Shown: positions 1 through 10,602 of the stretch, in pieces
Layout: the number at the start of each line of letters is the position of its first letter
Numbering within the stretch: position 1 is the stretch's first letter
Assembly (NCBI GenBank): GCA_963768605.1
Contig: CAVYIP010000008.1
Span: 102,684-166,683, forward strand
Direction: 5' to 3'
DNA length: 64,000 nucleotides
Source: an uncultured Actinomycetes bacterium
GTDB taxonomy: Bacteria > Actinomycetota > Acidimicrobiia > IMCC26256 > JACDBD01
Made by a program: the position numbers and the translations under genes
Notes under the pieces: generated by a model
What the model saw: only the letters and a program-made list of their open reading frames with translations
Database searches by the model: none
Told to the model about the DNA's origin: nothing

Positions 1-545
1 TCCTCCTCGGAGAGTGGCTTGCGCCGGAACGCGTTCGGGTTCCGCGCCCCGTTGCGATAGTTCTTCGCCGCCACTCCGGCCAGGGTCGACGGTGAGATGC
101 CGTGATCGTGCATGTACTTGTTGATCTTCATCCCGAAGAACTTCGTGGTGACGAAGTGGCCGAGCTCGCCGTACCACGACGGGCAGGCGTACTGACGCGG
201 ATCGGCGCTGAAGGCGCCGGGCAGGTGCTTGTCCATGCCGACCGCGACGCCGAGGTCGTGCTCGCCGAGGCGGATCGTGTTCGCGGCGAGCGTCAATGCG
301 CTCGCTGCGGTCGCGCATCCGTTGTACACGTCGGTGAAGGGGATCCCGGTGAGCCCCATGAGCGCGACGACGGCATCGGGGTTGTCGACCTCGTAGCTGC
401 CCCCGAACGCGAACTGGATGTCGCGCCACTCGACGCCGGCGTCGGCCAGGGCCCGGCGGATCGCGACCGCGCCCATCTCGATGCCGGACACGCCGGCGAA
501 GCGGCCGAAGGGGTGCAGGCCGACGCCCACGATGGCCACGTCCAT
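1..545 (-). CDS. thiolase-like protein (SCP-x / lipid-transfer type); 3' end cut by window edge
   Basis: Minus-strand ATG at 545. Translation MDVAIVGVGLHPFGRFAGVSGIEMG...YNGCATAASAL is a thiolase N-terminal domain. Lies directly downstream of its usual DUF35 partner. Confidence 0.8.
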   Translation of the reverse strand, partial: MDVAIVGVGLHPFGRFAGVSGIEMGAVAIRRALADAGVEWRDIQFAFGGSYEVDNPDAVVALMGLTGIPFTDVYNGCATAASALTLAANTIRLGEHDLGVAVGMDKHLPGAFSADPRQYACPSWYGELGHFVTTKFFGMKINKYMHDHGISPSTLAGVAAKNYRNGARNPNAFRRKPLSEE

Positions 546-586
546 TGCAATGTCCTCCTTGTGGCTCTTCTCGTTGCGCCGCGTGC

Positions 587-1009
587 TCAGCCGGCCGGCC
601 GGAACGCGAACGTCATGACCTCGTTGCCCTCGTCGTCGGTGCGGAACGGCACCACCACGAGCTCCATCTCCATGCCCGCCGCCAGCTCGTCGGGATCGGC
701 CTCGGTGAGCCGCGTCTCCACCTTCACCTCACCGGGGAGCTCCACGTATCCGACGCCGTAGGCCTCGAACGCGTCGCCCGTCGGTCCCGCGTAGGGCGGG
801 GACGGCGGCGGGAAGTTCTGCGTCGTCCACGCCCAGAGCCGGCCGCGCCGCGCGAGCAGCTGCTCCTCCATGGCGGTGGCCGCGCAGCGCGGGCACGAGT
901 CCTGTGCCGGGAAGGTCACGATCCCGCACGCCGTGCACCGGCTCCCGATCAGCTGCGGCTCCTCGGCCGGCCACGTGAAGATGCCTTCCGCCACCGGCGT
1001 CCGCGCCAT
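587..1009 (-). CDS. DUF35 OB-fold/zinc-ribbon protein (thiolase partner)
   Basis: 140-aa uninterrupted ORF. Zn-ribbon CTACG...CPRCA followed by an OB-fold-like region. Adjacent to the SCP-x-type thiolase. Confidence 0.8.
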   Translation of the reverse strand: MARTPVAEGIFTWPAEEPQLIGSRCTACGIVTFPAQDSCPRCAATAMEEQLLARRGRLWAWTTQNFPPPSPPYAGPTGDAFEAYGVGYVELPGEVKVETRLTEADPDELAAGMEMELVVVPFRTDDEGNEVMTFAFRPAG

Positions 1010-1031
1010 CAGCTCCTCCGTTCGTGGGTCG

Positions 1032-2633
1032 TCACGACGGCACCGCTCGGGCCCGGAGCTCGTCCTTGACGACCTTCCCCGTGGCGTTCACGGGGAGGGC
1101 CTCGACGATCTCCACGAACCGCGGCACCTTGAAGTTGGCCATCTCGCCTCGTGCCCACTCCATGAGCTCGGCCGGCTCGAGCGGAGCGCCCGAGTCGACG
1201 ACGACGAACGCCATCCCCACCTCGCCGAGGCGCTCGTCGGGCACGCCGATCACGGCGGCCTGCGTCACCCGCGGGTGGCGGAGCAAGAGGTTCTCGATCT
1301 CTGCCGGGTACGCGTTGAACCCGCCGACGATGAACATGTCCTTGATGCGACCGACGATACGCAGGTACCCGTCGTCGTCGAACACGCCGAGGTCGCCGGT
1401 GTGGAGCCAGCCGTCGACGTCGATCGCGGCCGCGGTCGCCTCCGCATCGTCGAGGTACTTCCGCATCACGGTCTCGCCGCGTACGACGACCTCACCCGGC
1501 TCGCCCGGATCGGTGGTGCCACCGGCGTCGTCGACCGTTCGAACCTCGAAACCCGGCCACGGCGACGCCGACTGTGGTCGCGATGTGCTCGAAGTCGTCG
1601 TCGGGCTTGCTCCCGGTGACGGTGCCGGCCTCGGTGAGCCCGTACCCGGTGAGGATGCGCTCGAACGGGAGCTCTTCCCGGACGCGCCGGATGAGCTCGA
1701 CGGGGATGTCCGCCGCGCCGGTCACCGCGAGGCGCAGGCTCGAGATGTCCCGCCGGTCACGGTCGCCGTGTTCGAGCAACGACTGGTAGATGGTCGGCGG
1801 TCCCGGCAGCACCGAGATCCGTTCGCGCTCGACGAGCTCGAGCGCGACGCCCGGGTCGAACACGGCGAGCGGGACGATGGTGGCACCGCGCATGAGCGAG
1901 GCGAGGCAACCGGCCTTGTAGCCGAAGATGTGGAAGAACGGGTTCGCGATCAGGTAGCGGTCCCCCGTTCGCAGGTCGGCCCAGTCGCACCAGTCGAGGT
2001 AGGCGCGCAGGGTCTGGCCGTGCGTCATCACCACGCCCTTCGGCTCCCCCGTCGTCCCCGACGTGAACACGACGTCGCTCGGATCGTCGGGGCCGATCGA
2101 CTCGAGGCGCTCGTCGACGTCCCCGTCACGCACGGCACCACCGGCCGCGAGGAACTCGTCCCAACCCACCGACCGTCGCGCGGCACGCTTTGCCGACCGT
2201 GCCGCCCGACTGAGACGAGGACCGTGCGCTCGAGCGCGGGGAGCGGAACGCCGGCGGCGGCGAGCAGCGCCGGGTAGTCGGTGTCGAGGAAGCCGCGCAC
2301 CGTGAACAGGGCGCGGGCCCCGCTGCGGGCGAGGACGAAGGCCGCTTCGGGGCCGCGGAACCGGGTGTTGACGGGGACGAGCACCCCGCCCGCCGTCGTC
2401 ACGCCGAGCGCGGCGACGATCCACTCGAGTGAGTTCGGCGCCCAGACCGCGACCCGATCGCCTCGCCGGACTCCCGATGCGAGGAGCGCACGAGCCGCGT
2501 CGGTGACCATGGCCGAGAGCGCGGCGAAGTCGACGCGCCGGGTGCCGTCCACGACGGCCTCGGCGTCGCCGAAGCGCCGCGCCGCATCCCGCACCATCTC
2601 CGGAACCGACGGCCACGTGACCTCGCTGCGCAC
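1032..2633 (-). pseudogene. AMP-dependent acyl-CoA ligase (frame-disrupted)
   Basis: Three ORF fragments in different frames read as one ligase: N-term from GTG 2633 (VAVWAPNSLEWIV), core (TSGTTGEPKG, GYGLTE), C-term (HTGDLG...GKVVKDEL). Frame switches near ~2200 and ~1560. Confidence 0.8.
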
Positions 2634-2727
2634 CGCGGCTCTCCCCCCTCGCCTTCCGAAAACGGAGTTAGCATTTTTCGAGAGCGGGGTTATCATAGAC
2701 TGCGCTCGCCGCCGAGGGAACCCGCCG

Positions 2728-3746
2728 ATGCTGCTCGACCACGAGTTCCACCCCTTGGCCGTGGTGGACGTCGTCGACGAGACGGCCGACACCCGGTCGT
2801 TCGTCCTCGAGATCCCCCCGGAGCTCGAGTCGACGTTCGCCTACGCCGCCGGGCAGTACTGCACGTTCCGGGCCACCATCGACGGCGAGACGGTCTCTCG
2901 CTGCTACTCGATGTCGAGCTCGCCGGACGTGGGCGAGCGCTTCACCACGGCGGTCAAGCGCGTCCCCGGTGGGCGGATGTCGAACTGGATGAACGACACG
3001 CTCGAGCCGGGCGACACCATCGACGTGATGCGCCCGGCGGGGCTCTTCGTGCTCCGTGCGACCGACGCGCCGATCGTGGCGTTCGCCGGCGGCAGCGGCA
3101 TCACGCCGGTCATCTCGCTCGTCAAGAGCGCGCTCGCGACCACGGAACGGCCGATCGCTCTCGTCTACGCCAACCGCAGCGCGGACGCCGTCATCTTCTC
3201 CGAGGACCTCGAGCGCCTCCGCGCGGGGTCCGGTGGCCGGCTGACCGTCCATCACCACCACGATTCGGAACGCGGCTTCCTCGACGCCACCGACTGCGCC
3301 GCGCTCGTGGACGGCAGCACGCGACGCCGACTTCTACATCTGCGGACCGGGCCCCTATATGGACACCGTCGAAGCGGGGCTGTCGACGCTCGGTGTCGGC
3401 GCGGAGCGACGTTTCATCGAGCGCTTCGTCGTGCCTGCCGCAGAACCGGCGGCGGAGCAGGAGAGCGTCACCGAATCGCTCGTGATCCGGATCGATCGGC
3501 GCAAGCAGACGTTCCCGTACCAGGCCGGCGACACGATCCTCGAGGCCGCCCGGCGTGCCGGACTGAGCCCGCCGTTCTCGTGCGAGGCGGGTAGCTGCGC
3601 CACGTGCATGGCCCACCTCGACGAGGGATCCGTGACGATGCGCGTGAACAACGCGTTGGCGCGCGGACGAGGTCGACGAGGGCTGGGTCCTGACGTGCCA
3701 GTCGCTCCCCACGAGCCAGAAGGTCGTCGTCGACTACGACGCGTGA
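2728..3746 (+). pseudogene. FNR-type oxygenase reductase with C-terminal plant-type 2Fe-2S domain (KshB/PaaE architecture; frame-disrupted)
   Basis: ATG 2728. RCYSMSS FAD motif, GGSGITP NAD motif, then CEAGSCATC...LTCQS. Frame switches near ~3320 and ~3660; stop 3744-3746. Confidence 0.8.
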
Positions 3747-4891
3747 CCCGGCTGTCGACCGGGCCGGGCGACGAGGTCGTCGGTGTGCTCGTGCAGGCGC
3801 GGCGGCGGGCGGTACTCCGCCCCCTGGCCGTCGAACCGGATCGGGCTCGCGACCAGGTGCAGCGGTCCGTCTGTGGTCTCGACGGTGACGACCATCCCGC
3901 GCGAACGCACGAGCTCGCCGTCGAGCGCGTCGCCCAGGTCGGCGACGGCGCCGACGGCGATCCCGAGCGGGCGGAGGCGTTCGGTCCACTCCTCCGCCGA
4001 AGCCTCCTTCAGCCGCGCACCGAGCGCGTCCAGCAGCTCGGCGCGGTTCTCGAACCGCGCGTGCATGGTGGCGAAGCGCGGATCGTCCGCCCACTCGGGG
4101 CGACCGATCTCCACGGTCAGCCGGCGCCAGAACTCGTCGTGGGTCACGAACAGCGCGAGGTGGCCCGACGCCGTCTCGAACAGCTGCGCCGGCACGTAGA
4201 AGTTGTGAGCACCGAGCGGCTGACGAGCGGGGACCTCTCCGCCGTTGAGATACGCCGCCGCCTTGTAATTGAGCTGCGAGAGCATCACATCGAAGAGCGA
4301 GACGTCGACCTGCCCGCCCTTGCCTTCGTGCACCTTCGCGACGAGGGCCAGCGCCGCCATGATCGCCGACGAGTTGTCGACGGCGGAGTACCCGGGGAGC
4401 GTCGGGGGCCCGTCGGGCTCACCGGTCAAGCTGGCGACGCCGACACTCGCCTGGATGACGTAGTCGAAGGCGGGCCACTCGGCCGCCGGGCCCTCGAGGC
4501 CGTACCCGGTGAGAGCGACGCACACGATCTTCGGGTTGAACCGGCGCAACGACTCGTAGTCGAGACCGAGCTTGCGGATCGTCGACGGACGCAGGTTGAC
4601 GAGCAGCGCGTCGGCCGTCTCCGCCAGCGCGCCCAGCTCGGCCTGGCCCTCCTGGGTCGTGAGATCGATGTGCACGCTGCGCTTGTTGCGGTTCAGGCTC
4701 GCGAAGTACACGTTGTGCTCGCCGACGTAGTCCGACCCGACCTGCCGCGACAGGTCGCCGTCGATCGGCTCGATCTTGACCACGTCGGCGCCGAGGTCGG
4801 CCAGGAGCATGCCGGCGAAGGGCCCCGCCAGGATGTGTCCGACCTCGAGGATCCGGATGCCGGCGAGCGGGCCCGGCGACGCGTCCGACAC
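3734..4891 (-). CDS. family III CoA-transferase (CaiB/BaiF type)
   Basis: GTG 4891, 385 aa uninterrupted. IRILEVGHILAGPFAG N-terminus and overall CaiB-like sequence. Immediately downstream of the LLM gene stop. Confidence 0.85.
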   Translation of the reverse strand: MSDASPGPLAGIRILEVGHILAGPFAGMLLADLGADVVKIEPIDGDLSRQVGSDYVGEHNVYFASLNRNKRSVHIDLTTQEGQAELGALAETADALLVNLRPSTIRKLGLDYESLRRFNPKIVCVALTGYGLEGPAAEWPAFDYVIQASVGVASLTGEPDGPPTLPGYSAVDNSSAIMAALALVAKVHEGKGGQVDVSLFDVMLSQLNYKAAAYLNGGEVPARQPLGAHNFYVPAQLFETASGHLALFVTHDEFWRRLTVEIGRPEWADDPRFATMHARFENRAELLDALGARLKEASAEEWTERLRPLGIAVGAVADLGDALDGELVRSRGMVVTVETTDGPLHLVASPIRFDGQGAEYRPPPRLHEHTDDLVARPGRQPGHAS

Positions 4892-4899
4892 GGGCGCGC

Positions 4900-5857
4900 T
4901 CAGAGCTCGGGGCAGAGCGACGCGAGGAAGCTCGAGACCCGCTCGCGTGACTCGATGCGCGCGGCCCGGTCCTCGCCGAGCGGGAGCACGCGCACCGCGA
5001 GGTCGGTGACGCCCGCGTCGCGGAAGCTGCGCAAGCGGTCGACGACCGCGGTTTCGTCGCCGGCGGCGAGCACGTCGCCGACGTCGGTGGCGTCGCCGTG
5101 CTCGAGCAGCCGCTGGTAGTTCGGCGAGTACTCGGCGTGCCCGAGCACCTGGTTGGCCCACGCTGCGCGCGTCGTCGACCTCGTCGTCGGGGCACAGCGC
5201 CACCGGGACACCCGCCACGATGCGCGGGCTCGGGCGCCCGACCTCGGCCGCGGCCTTCGTGATGCGGGGCACGCACGTGCTCGCCGATCGCCCGCTCGTC
5301 CGCCATCCAGAGGATGGTCCCCGACGCGTGCTCGCCGGCGATGCGGAGCATCACCGGCGCGAGAGCCGCCAGGAGCACCGGCGTCGGCGATGTCGGTGAC
5401 GTCGAGTGGGTTGTGCACGCGGTAGCTGTCGTTCTCGACGTCGACCGGGCCGGGGCCGGCGAACGCGGCGTTGAGCACCTCGAGGTAGTCCCGCACCTGG
5501 CGGGCGGGCTTGTCGTAGGACAGCCCGAGCATGTCGTCGACGATCCAGTGGTGCGAAGGCCCGAGCCCGAGCGTGAACCGCCCTTCGCACACCGCCTGGT
5601 TCGACGAGCGCCTGCTGCGCCATCGCCACCGGGTGGCGGGTCTGGATCGGCAGCACCGCCGTCCCGAGCTCGACGCGGTCGGTCGCCCGGCCCATGAGCG
5701 CGATCGCGGTCAGCGCGTCGAAGTCGTCCGGGATCTGGGGAACCCAGATCGAGCGTGAAGCCGGCGCGCTCGGCGGCCTCGGCGTCGGCGACGAGCTCGC
5801 GCCACCTTCTGGCGCGTACCGCCCCTTCTCGGGGCCGATCATCAGCCCGATCCGCAT
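4900..5857 (-). pseudogene. luciferase-like (LLM) flavin/F420-dependent oxidoreductase (heavily frame-disrupted)
   Basis: Starts MRIGLMIGPEK at 5857. Conserved LLM segments are recoverable only by switching between all three frames (at least 5 switches). C-term reads ...DLAVRVLPLGEDRAARIE. Confidence 0.7.
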
Positions 5858-5880
5858 GCACGCCCCCTGCGCGGAGTGGC

Positions 5881-5918
5881 GATTGCCGAATGGCAATGAC
5901 GTTCTCGTTTTTCGAGAA
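5881..5918. promoter_or_regulatory. two perfect palindromes in the divergent LLM/SDR spacer (operator-like)
   Basis: ATTGCC-gaat-GGCAAT (5881-5896) and GTTCTCG-ttttt-CGAGAAC (5900-5918), inside a 128-bp low-GC divergent intergenic region. Confidence 0.5.
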
Positions 5919-5985
5919 CAGTCTTGCACCGGATCTCGACCATGGTCAATACTCACGGGAAGCGCACGTTCCGAAGGGGGAGCTC

Positions 5986-6733
5986 ATGGGTCGGGTGGCC
6001 GTCGTCACCGGCGCCGCATCCGGGATGGGGCTCGCGGTGAGCCGGCACCTCGCCGACCGCGGCCACCGGGTGGGGCTGCTCGACCTCGACGGCGACGCCG
6101 CGCGAGCGCGCCGCCGAGGACCTACGGGCGGGCGACGCGCGCGCGCTCGGCCTGCGAGGTCGACGTCACCGACCGTGCGGCGGTCGACGAAGCGCTGCGC
6201 AAGGTCCGCACCGAGCTCGGGCCCGTCGAGATCATGGTCACGAGCGCGGGCTCGACGAGTTCTGCCGCGTTCACCGACATCACCCCCGAGGCGTGGGCGC
6301 GGATCCTCGCGGTCAACCTCACGGGCACGTTCCACTGCCTGCAGGCGGCGGTCCCCGACATGCTGGCTGCGGGGTGGGGCCGCATCGTGACCATCTCGTC
6401 GTCGAGCGCGCAGTCCGGCGCGGCCAACATGGCGCACTACGTCGCGTCGAAGGGCGGCGTCATCGGCCTCACCAAGGCCCTGGCGGTCGAGCTCGCGCCC
6501 GCACGGCATCACCGTGAACACGATCCCTCCCGCGATTCATCGACACGCCGATGGCGCGCCGCGCCGAGAAGGCGGGCAACGTCCCGAGCATCGACACCAT
6601 CGCCGGCGCCACGCCCGTGCGGCGAGCCGGCACGCCCGAAGACATCGCCGCCACCTGCGCGTTCCTCTGCTCCGACGACGCCGGGTACATCACCGGGCAG
6701 CAGATCGGCGTCAACGGCGGGTGGTACCTGTGA
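5986..6733 (+). pseudogene. short-chain dehydrogenase/reductase (frame-disrupted)
   Basis: ATG 5986 preceded by GAAGGGGGA. TGAASGMG, YVASK, C-term [12 protein letters not shown]. Frame switches near ~6110, ~6505 and ~6540. Confidence 0.8.
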
Positions 6734-7355
6734 CCGCGGCCGCGGGGCCTCGCCTCGCTCCCCTGCCCGTCGAGCGCTGGGACGACGACGCCCGGGCGGC
6801 GTTGCAGGCCGGGTTCGGGAAGCAGGCGACCGACCGGTTCCTCTCGCCGGGGCCGGACGCGATCCCGGTGCCCAACGCGCTCACCACGCTCATGCACCAC
6901 CCCGGGCTCGCCGGGCCGTTCCTCGCGTTCAACAGCGTGCTCCTGTTCACGCCGGCGCTCGAACCGCGGCTGCGCGAGCTGATGGTGCTCCGGGTCGCGT
7001 GGCGGACGCGCTCGACCTACGAGTGGGTGCAGCACGTGCGCCTGGCGCAAGCGGTGCGGCGTCACGCACGAGGAGATCGAGGCCATCGGGCTCGGCGCCG
7101 CCGACGACGCGCCGTGGACGCCGCTCGAAGCCGACCTCCTCGCCGCGACCGACGAGCTGATCGACGGCTATCGCATCGACGACGCGACGTGGGCCCGCTT
7201 GGCCGAGCACCTCGACGAGCGCCAGCTCGTGGAGGTCGTGTTCGTCGTCGGCACGTACACGTGCCTGGCCATGGCCTTCAACAGCTTCGGGCTGCGAGCT
7301 CGACCCCGAGCTGCGAACGCTCGCGGCTCCGCCTCTCCCCGACTCGGAGGAGTAG
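6730..7355 (+). pseudogene. carboxymuconolactone decarboxylase (AhpD-like) family protein (frame-disrupted)
   Basis: GTG 6730 overlaps the SDR stop (GTGA). LMVLRVAWRTRSTYEWVQH-type CMD helices. Frame switches near ~7050 and ~7300; stop 7353-7355. Confidence 0.65.
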
Positions 7356-7359
7356 AGAG

Positions 7360-8648
7360 ATGGCTCGCATCGAGAAGCCGCCGGAAGGCAGCTGGACCGC
7401 GCACTACCCGGAGCTCGGCACCGGGCCGGTGTCGTACGAGGACTCGATCTCGCCCGAGTTCTACGAGCTCGAGCGCGAGGCGATCTTCAAGCGCACGTGG
7501 CTGAACGTCGGGCGGGTCGAGCAGCTGCCCCGCAAGGGGAGCTACTTCACCAAGGAGCTCGCGGTCGCGAACACGTCGATCGTCGTCGTGCGCGGCATGG
7601 ACGGCGAGGTGCGCGCGTTCCACAACATCTGCCGCCACCGCGGCAACAAGCTGGTGTGGACCGACTTCCCGCGCGAGGAGACGAGCGGCAGCTGCCGCCA
7701 GTTCGTGTGCAAGTACCACGGCTGGAGGTACGAGCTCGACGGCGCCTGCACGTTCGTGCAGCAGGAGGGCGAGTTCTTCGACCTCGACAAGGCCGACTAC
7801 GGGCTCGTGCCGGTGCACTGCGACGTGTGGTCGGGCTTCATCTTCGTGAACCTCGACCGACGAGCCGCGCCAGTCGCTGCGCGAGTTCCTCGGCCCGATG
7901 ATCGACCGCGATCGAGGGCTACCCGTTCGACGCAGATGACGGAGCGCTTCTCGTACCGCGCCGACGTCGGCAGCAACTGGAAGCTGTTCATCGACGCCTT
8001 CCAGGAGTTCTACCACGCACCCGTGCTGCACGCGAAGCAGTCGCCCGGTCGCGGCGCGTCCCGAAGTGCAGGCCGCCGGCTTCGAGGCGCTGCACTACCA
8101 GATCGACGGCCCGCACCGGCATGGTGACGACGTACCGGCGGGCGAAGGGTGGCGGATGCCGCCCGAGATGCTGAAGCCGATGGAGACGGTGACGCGCAGC
8201 GGCCTGTTCGGTCCGTGGGACGCGCCCGACCTCGGCCCGGACCCGTTGCCCGCGGGCGTCAACCCGGCCGACCGGAAGCACGTGGGGCCTCGACTCGTTC
8301 CAGTTCTGCCCGAACTTCGTGATCCTGATCTGGGAGCGAGGCTGGTACCTCACGTACCACTACTGGCCGACGTCGCACAACACGCACGTCTTCGAAGGGA
8401 ACCTCTACTTCGTCCCGCCGAAGAACGCGCGTGAGCGCCTCGCGCAGGAGATGGCCGCGGTCACGTTCAAGGAGTACGCGCTGCAGGACGGCAACACGCT
8501 CGAGGCGACGCAGACCATGCTCGAGTCACGCGTCGTGACCGCGTTCCCGCTGAACGACCAGGAGATCCTCTGCCGGCACCTGCACAAGGTGGCCGCCGAC
8601 TGGGTCGACGACTACACGCGCGAACGGGTGGAGGTGGGAGCCCGATGA
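7360..8648 (+). pseudogene. Rieske non-heme iron oxygenase alpha subunit (frame-disrupted)
   Basis: ATG 7360. Rieske CRHRG...CKYHGW and iron motif NWKLFIDAFQEFYHAPVLH. About four frame switches (~7860, ~7915, ~8050, ~8285). Confidence 0.8.
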
Positions 8649-8982
8649 GCGAAGCCCTGCTGCCCGGCGAGTTCTCCGAGCTGGAGCCGTTCGCCGCGAC
8701 GTGGTGCCTGCCGACCGAGCGGGAGCGGTTCGCGCAACGGATGACGAGCTCGATGGAGGAGATGCAGGCGTTCTACGACGCCTTCTTCCCGCGGGCCGAG
8801 GAAGCGATCGCAGTACTGCGACAAGTTCCCGCTCGACGACATGCCCGACGACGCGCGAGCGCTTGCTGCAGCTGCTGTACTCGCTCGTCATGGTGTCGTT
8901 CCCGGTCGAGGTCTGGCGCCAGCCGCACGTCCCCGACAGCGGCGCCGCCTACCTCGACCTCCTGATCGAACCGATCCCGTGA
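8645..8982 (+). pseudogene. small hypothetical protein coupled to the Rieske oxygenase (frame-disrupted)
   Basis: ATG 8645 overlaps the Rieske stop (ATGA). About 112 aa when read through one switch near ~8810. No family recognised. Confidence 0.45.
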
Positions 8983-10213
8983 GCGGACATCACCGTCCTG
9001 CGGGCGGACCGGTGGGTCGACGTCGACGCCGGGCTCGTCCGGTCGCCGGCGACCGTCGTCGTGGAGGGCGATCGCATCGCAGCCGTCGGCGCCGACGACC
9101 TGCCCGCCGGCGCGACGGAGATCGACCTCGGCGACGTCACGCTGCTCCCCGGCCTGATGGACATGGAGATCAACATGCTCCTGGGCGGGCCCCACGGCGG
9201 GAACCGGCGCAGCGACGTCCAGGACGACCCGGCGTTCCGCACCTTGCGCGGAACCGTGAACTGCCGCACGACGCTGCTCGCCGGGTTTCACGACCGTCCG
9301 CAACCTCGGCCTCTTCGTGAAGACCGGCGGCTATCTGCTCGACGTCGCGCTCGCGCGGGCGATCGACAACGGCTGGATCGACGGCCCGCGCATCGTGCCG
9401 GCCGGGCACGCCATCACGCCGACCGGTGGGCACCTCGATCCGACGATGTTCGAGCGGTTCGGGCCCGACATCATGCCGCTCAGCGTCGAGGAGGGCATCG
9501 CCAACGGCGTGCCCGAGGTGCGCAAGGCCGTCCGCTACCAGATCAAGTACGGCGCCCGCCTCATCAAGATCTCCGCATCGGGCGGCGTGATGTCGCACAG
9601 CGGCCTCGCCGGCGCGCAGCAGTACTCGGACGAGGAGCTGCGCGGCGATCGTCGACGAAGCGCACCGCGCCGGCATCAAGGTCGCGGCGCACGCGCACGG
9701 CGACGCCGGCATCAGGGCGTGCATCCGCGCCGGAGTCGACTGCATCGAGCACGGCTCGCTCGCGGAGCGACGAGACGATCCAGATGATGGTCGAGAACGG
9801 CACCTTCCTCGTGCCGACCAGCTACCTCTCCGAGGGTCTCGACATGTCGAGGGCGGCGCCCGAGCTCCAGGCCAAGGCGGCCGAGGTGTTCCCGCGGGCA
9901 CGGGCGATGCTCGGCAAGGCGATCGCGAGCGGCGTGAAGATCGCGTGCGGCACCGACGCGCCCGCGATCCCGCACGGCGAGAACGCCAAGGAGCTCTGGG
10001 CGATGGTCGACCGCGGCATGACGCCGATGCAGGCGCTGCAGGCGGCCACCGTGATGAGCGCCGAGCTCATCGGCGTCGACGACCGCGGGCCGGCTGGAGC
10101 CCGGGCTCCTCGCCGACATCGTCGCGGTACCGGGCGACCCGTCGGAGGACATCACGACGACGCAGGACGTGCGCTTCGTGATGAAGGGCGGGCGCGTCTA
10201 CAAGGGCGCCTGA
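8979..10213 (+). pseudogene. metal-dependent amidohydrolase (imidazolonepropionase/prolidase-like family; frame-disrupted)
   Basis: GTG 8979 overlaps the previous stop (GTGA). LLPGLMDMEIN, AAHAHG, CIEHG, CGTDAP motifs. About five frame switches (~8985, ~9290, ~9650, ~9765, ~10090). Confidence 0.75.
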
Positions 10214-10602
10214 GCGGTACCCGACAGCGCCCGCATGCTGTCGACCAGCTCTTCGAGCGGCGTGCCGGTCGGATAGACGGCGGCCGCGCCGGCAGCCTCG
10301 AGGCGGGGGACGTCCCGCTTCGGGATCGTGCCGCCCACCACGAGCAGCACGTCGTCCGCCCCCGCGCTGCGCAACGCCTCCGCCGTCTTCCTCGTGAGCG
10401 CGACGTGCGCGCCGCTGAGGACGCTGAGGCCGACGATGCGCACGTCTTCCTGCATCGCGACGGCCGCGATCGCCTCGGGCCGCTGACGGATGCCCGTATA
10501 GATGACCTCGAACCCGGCGTCGCGCAGGGTCCGCGCCACGAGCTTCGCTCCCCGGTCGTGCCCGTCGAGCCCGGGCTTGGCGACGAGCACCCGGACCGGC
10601 AT
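10198..10602 (-). CDS. acyl-CoA mutase B12-binding subunit
   Basis: ATG 10602 overlaps the large-subunit stop (TGATG). 134 aa; cobalamin-binding DxHxxG context ([12 protein letters not shown]). Confidence 0.9.
   Translation of the reverse strand: MPVRVLVAKPGLDGHDRGAKLVARTLRDAGFEVIYTGIRQRPEAIAAVAMQEDVRIVGLSVLSGAHVALTRKTAEALRSAGADDVLLVVGGTIPKRDVPRLEAAGAAAVYPTGTPLEELVDSMRALSGTAQAPL

Noticed and set aside
3359-5119. 586-aa plus-strand ORF spanning the CoA-transferase and LLM region
   Set aside because: Only its first ~95 aa (the 2Fe-2S domain of the reductase) look like protein. The rest is Arg/Ala/Gly-rich antisense shadow of well-supported minus-strand genes, as expected at this GC content.
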